Shown here in pieces: positions 60,788-64,000 of a DNA stretch of 64,000 nucleotides. Source of the DNA: Escherichia coli (GTDB lineage Bacteria; Pseudomonadota; Gammaproteobacteria; Enterobacterales; Enterobacteriaceae). The stretch lies in the NCBI RefSeq assembly GCF_044324875.1, contig NZ_CP172187.1. One strand, 5' to 3'. Numbering within the stretch: the stretch's first letter is position 1; the number at the start of each line of letters is the position of its first letter. Below the pieces are notes generated by a model, which did no database searches, was not told the DNA's origin, and saw only the letters and a list, made by a program, of their open reading frames with translations. The position numbers were made by a program, and so were the translations under genes.

Positions 60788-61246
60788 AGGAAATATATTC
60801 CACTGGTATTATTTATCTTTTCATGGCCGGTATTGTGTGCAGATATTCATGGACGGGTTGTTCGTGTACTGGACGGTGATACCATCGAGGTCATGGACTC
60901 ACGGAAGGCAGTGCGGATCAGGCTGGTAAATATTGATGCACCGGAAAGGAAACAGGATTATGGCCGGTGGTCAACGGACATGATGAAATCACTGGTTGCA
61001 GGAAAAACGGTTACCGTCACATATTTTCAGCGAGATCGTTATGGTCGTATTCTCGGGCAGGTTTATGCACCAGACGGAATGAATGTTAATCAGTTTATGG
61101 TCCGGGCCGGGGCTGCCTGGGTATATGAGCAGTACAACACAGATCCCGTGCTGCCTGTCCTTCAGAACGAAGCCAGACAACAAAAACGTGGGCTCTGGTC
61201 AGATGCTGATCCGGTTCCCCCCTGGATATGGAGACACCGTAAATAA
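60788..61246 (+). CDS. Secreted thermonuclease (SNase/micrococcal nuclease-like)
   Basis: ORF-track frame 60710..61246; internal start MRKYIPLVLFIFSWPVLCA (signal peptide); motifs VRVLDGDTIEV, RLVNIDAPE. Confidence 0.8.
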   Translation, partial: RKYIPLVLFIFSWPVLCADIHGRVVRVLDGDTIEVMDSRKAVRIRLVNIDAPERKQDYGRWSTDMMKSLVAGKTVTVTYFQRDRYGRILGQVYAPDGMNVNQFMVRAGAAWVYEQYNTDPVLPVLQNEARQQKRGLWSDADPVPPWIWRHRK

Positions 61247-61291
61247 AGCGATGGCAATCTTATCATTCATCTGTTCTCAGCGGGAATAAAA

Positions 61292-61501
61292 ATGGCGAAA
61301 ACAAAACAGGAATGGCTGTATCAGTTACGGCGATGTTCATCAGTCAATACGCTGGAAAAAATTATTCATAAAAACAGAGACAGTTTATTAAACAGTGAAC
61401 GTGAATCATTTAATTCAGCAGCAGACCACCGGTTAGCGGAATTAATCACCGGAAAGTTATATGACAGGATACCAAAAGAGATATGGAAATATGTAAGGTA
61501 A
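61292..61501 (+). CDS. Hypothetical small protein (69 aa)
   Basis: AT-rich ORF. Confidence 0.4.
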   Translation: MAKTKQEWLYQLRRCSSVNTLEKIIHKNRDSLLNSERESFNSAADHRLAELITGKLYDRIPKEIWKYVR

Positions 61502-61538
61502 TAATTCAACATAATTAATTTCCAGGAACAGATAAATA

Positions 61539-62129
61539 ATGAAGTTGATTATTTTTATTCTCATTGTTCTGATTATTGCAGCGTTACTTATCCGGATTAT
61601 CCTCAGAAGTGTAAATCAGCATTCTCCTTTGCTGATGCAGTTACATGCGGCAGGTATACGGACCGGTGATGCAGAGCGAATACTGTCCGGCGGTGAATAC
61701 TGGCAACGTCAGAAGACGCTGCTGACAGAAAGGGAAGTCAGTTTTATGAAAGGACTGTTCAGAATTGTGGATATGAAGCGGTGGTATCTGTGTCCGCAGG
61801 TACGGGTCGCGGATATCGTCCAGCTGAACGGGAATATCCGGCCACGATCACGCCAGTGGTGGCAGTTATTCAGGATGGTGTCTCAGTGGCATGTTGATGT
61901 GGTTATCGTTGAGCAGCGTTCGTTCAGTATTGTTGCAGCAGTAGAGCTGGATGATGCCAGCCATTTACGACCGGAACGCAGACGCCGGGATATTCTTCTG
62001 GAAGAGGTTCTGAGGCAGGCTGGTATTCCGTTGCTCAGAAGCCACGATGCCAGAAAACTGCTGCAGATGACCGGAGAATGGCTGAATACAACAGGGGCTG
62101 ATCAGCAGTCCCCGGAACATCGTAGCTGA
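61539..62129 (+). CDS. Membrane-anchored protein, possibly DUF2726-like
   Basis: 196 aa with N-terminal TM helix; family assignment from memory and uncertain. Confidence 0.5.
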   Translation: MKLIIFILIVLIIAALLIRIILRSVNQHSPLLMQLHAAGIRTGDAERILSGGEYWQRQKTLLTEREVSFMKGLFRIVDMKRWYLCPQVRVADIVQLNGNIRPRSRQWWQLFRMVSQWHVDVVIVEQRSFSIVAAVELDDASHLRPERRRRDILLEEVLRQAGIPLLRSHDARKLLQMTGEWLNTTGADQQSPEHRS

Positions 62130-62283
62130 CGCCTTCGCGTTGCTCAGTTGTCCAACCCCGGAAACGGGAAAAAGCAAGTTTTCCCCGCTCCCGGCGTTTC
62201 CGTAATAAAAAACGGGAAATGGTGGTCACAGAATAAATTCCGGAACTACCTGTACCCAAACTTTATATAATAAAGGTGAATAT

Positions 62284-62733
62284 ATGGAATATGATGATGT
62301 ATCAGAATTGATGATTAAGCGTGAACACAATATTCTTATTGTTGGGAATTCTGCCTCCCACATTGATAAGTTTTTTAAGGAGTATTCTATACCAAGTTCT
62401 AAATATTATGATTTCACTCAGATTAACAGTGATTCAGATGTAGAGAGAAATGAGAATGCTGTCTCTTTTATCAGGGATGCAATGAATAGTGAAGAGCTCA
62501 CAATCATTTTTAATTGCGTTGGGTGGCCTGATTTAGGTGGTGGAGCAGCAGTATCACAGTTTGCAATGATGGCCAGAAAATTTGGTAAACAACTTATTGT
62601 CGCTGTAAGTGAAAAGGATGCCATCAAATTAAAAGACAACTTTGATATTATTGGGATGTTGTCATATGGTAAAGAAAATTTTATTGCCATGAGTCATACG
62701 AAAAGCGAGTTAACTGGAGGGAAACGTCGGTAA
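62284..62733 (+). CDS. Hypothetical protein (149 aa), markedly AT-rich
   Basis: ORF with RBS AAAGGTG; Rossmann-like pattern (ILIVGNS...IIFNCVGWPDLGGGAA). Confidence 0.5.
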   Translation: MEYDDVSELMIKREHNILIVGNSASHIDKFFKEYSIPSSKYYDFTQINSDSDVERNENAVSFIRDAMNSEELTIIFNCVGWPDLGGGAAVSQFAMMARKFGKQLIVAVSEKDAIKLKDNFDIIGMLSYGKENFIAMSHTKSELTGGKRR

Positions 62734-62947
62734 CGGATTAAAAATAGATGTAAATAAAAAGCATACTTATTGGCTGGAGTGACGCCTTCGTGCTTCGGTA
62801 GTAAAAAACGGGAAATGAAGGTAATAGTCAGCAACAGGGAATGTGGTATTATCGCGGCGGGTGTCTGAGCCTTTCTGGTTCAGGCAAGACGCAGGTACCA
62901 GAAATGCGAAGACCCCACTTGTTAATCCATTAACTCGTGAGGTCTGC

Positions 62948-63154
62948 ATGAAGTACTTGAACACTACTGATTGTAGCCTCTTCCTTGCAGAGAGGTCAAA
63001 GTTTATGACGAAATATGCCCTTATCGGGTTGCTCGCCGTGTGCGCCACGGTGTTGTGTTTTTCACTGATATTCAGGGAACGGTTATGTGAACTGAATATT
63101 CACAGGGGAAATACAGTGGTGCAGGTAACTCTGGCCTACGAAGCACGGAAGTAA
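62948..63154 (+). CDS. SrnB' leader reading frame (mok analogue)
   Basis: ATG at 62948 (MKYLNTTD...) in frame with srnB. Confidence 0.5.
   Translation: MKYLNTTDCSLFLAERSKFMTKYALIGLLAVCATVLCFSLIFRERLCELNIHRGNTVVQVTLAYEARK
63005..63154 (+). CDS. srnB: SrnB/PndA-type Hok-family toxin (49 aa)
   Basis: MTKYALIGLLAVCATVLCFSLIFRERLCELNIHRGNTVVQVTLAYEARK. Confidence 0.85.
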   Translation: MTKYALIGLLAVCATVLCFSLIFRERLCELNIHRGNTVVQVTLAYEARK

Positions 63155-63437
63155 GCTGCCGGGCGGGGACGGAAGTCCCCGCTTTCCGGGAGTGTGAGGT
63201 ATTTCAGGGGCAGACACCCTACACGTCAGAAACCGCCGGTCCCGCCCGGGGCCGGCACACAGGTTAAGGCATTTCCTGTTTTTCAGCCATTTCGCAACAA
63301 AATTCACACTAAACGACAGTAATCCCCGTTGATTTGTGCGCCAACACAGATCTTCGTCACAATTCTCAAGTCGCTGATTTCAAAAAACTGTAGTATCCTC
63401 TGCGAAACGATCCCTGTTTGAGTATTGAGGAGGCGGG

Positions 63438-63698
63438 ATGTCGCAGATCGAAAATGCAGTAACTTCCTCACCGAAACGCATTTACAGAAAAGGTAATCCG
63501 TTAACCGGAGCCGAGAAACAACGTATATCTGTTTCCCGGAAAAAGGGGACACATAAAGCGATTAATGTTTTCATCCAGAGTGAACTCAAAGATGATTTGA
63601 CACAGCTTTGTAAAGATTCGGGCTTAACTCAAAAAGAAATGATAGAGCACTGGATTTTGAAAGAAAAAGCTGCGATGGATAATGCGAATAGAAGGTAA
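63438..63698 (+). CDS. copB: CopB/RepA2 repressor of the RepFIIA replicon
   Basis: 86-aa basic protein resembling IncFII CopB from memory (MSQ.ENAVTSS...). Confidence 0.75.
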   Translation: MSQIENAVTSSPKRIYRKGNPLTGAEKQRISVSRKKGTHKAINVFIQSELKDDLTQLCKDSGLTQKEMIEHWILKEKAAMDNANRR

Positions 63699-63933
63699 CT
63701 AAGTTACTTTCTTGAACATTTGAATTGCGGATGCTAGATTACTGATCGTTTAAGGAATTTTGTGGCTGGCCACGCCGTAAGGTGGCAGGGAACTGGTTCT
63801 GATGTGGATTTACAGGAGCCAGAAAAGTGAAAACCCCGATAATCTTCAGCAAGTTTGGCGACTAAGAGAAGATTAACGGGGCCATCTAAAAACCGTATAG
63901 CCAACAATTCAGCTATGCGGGGAGTATAGTTAT

Positions 63934-64000
63934 ATGCCCGGAAAAGTTCAAGACTTCTTTCTGTGCTCGCTCCTTCTGCGCATTGTAAGTGCAGGATGGT
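63934..64000 (+). CDS. Leader peptide (tap/repA6-like) preceding repA1; truncated by the window end
   Basis: ATG at 63934 ([22 protein letters not shown]...), about 235 nt downstream of copB, where the CopA/CopT region is expected. Confidence 0.4.

Overview
This window reads as an almost contiguous F-like (IncFII-type) conjugative plasmid backbone. All calls rest on reading the supplied ORF translations and the raw sequence; no database search or folding was run.

Layout, left to right:
- 1-1735 (minus strand): impC-impA-impB SOS mutagenesis operon with a LexA box; impB runs off the left edge.
- 2343-20598: an ~18 kb leading region in which every convincing gene is on the + strand. It holds two orphan DNA methyltransferases, KlcA/ArdB anti-restriction, ssb, a ParB-like nuclease-domain protein, psiB-psiA, hok/mok/sok and about ten small unknown ORFs.
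- 20895-21830: gene X (orf169 lytic transglycosylase) and oriT.
- 21828-60197: the complete tra operon traM to traX, then finO.
- 60328-64000: an AT-rich accessory cluster (SNase-like nuclease, DUF2726-like protein, unknown ORFs), srnB, and the start of the RepFIIA control region (copB, tap leader).

Features laid over this backbone, most interesting first:
1. A complete group II intron (RT-maturase-HNH protein, GUGCG 5' end, recognisable domain V) sits inside ssb after codon 13, in the sense orientation.
2. Five long GC-rich repeats of two families lie directly upstream of leading-region genes; I interpret them as Frpo/ssi-type single-strand promoters. One copy carries a (CTGCTA)11 expansion.
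3. The unknown leading-region ORFs, including a paralogous pair flanking klcA, are candidate anti-defence genes.
4. An IS21-family element plus an unknown membrane-protein ORF is inserted between traT and traD.
5. The ParB-like gene appears frameshifted.

The tra backbone itself is ordinary. The parts worth follow-up are the leading region and the two insertions.
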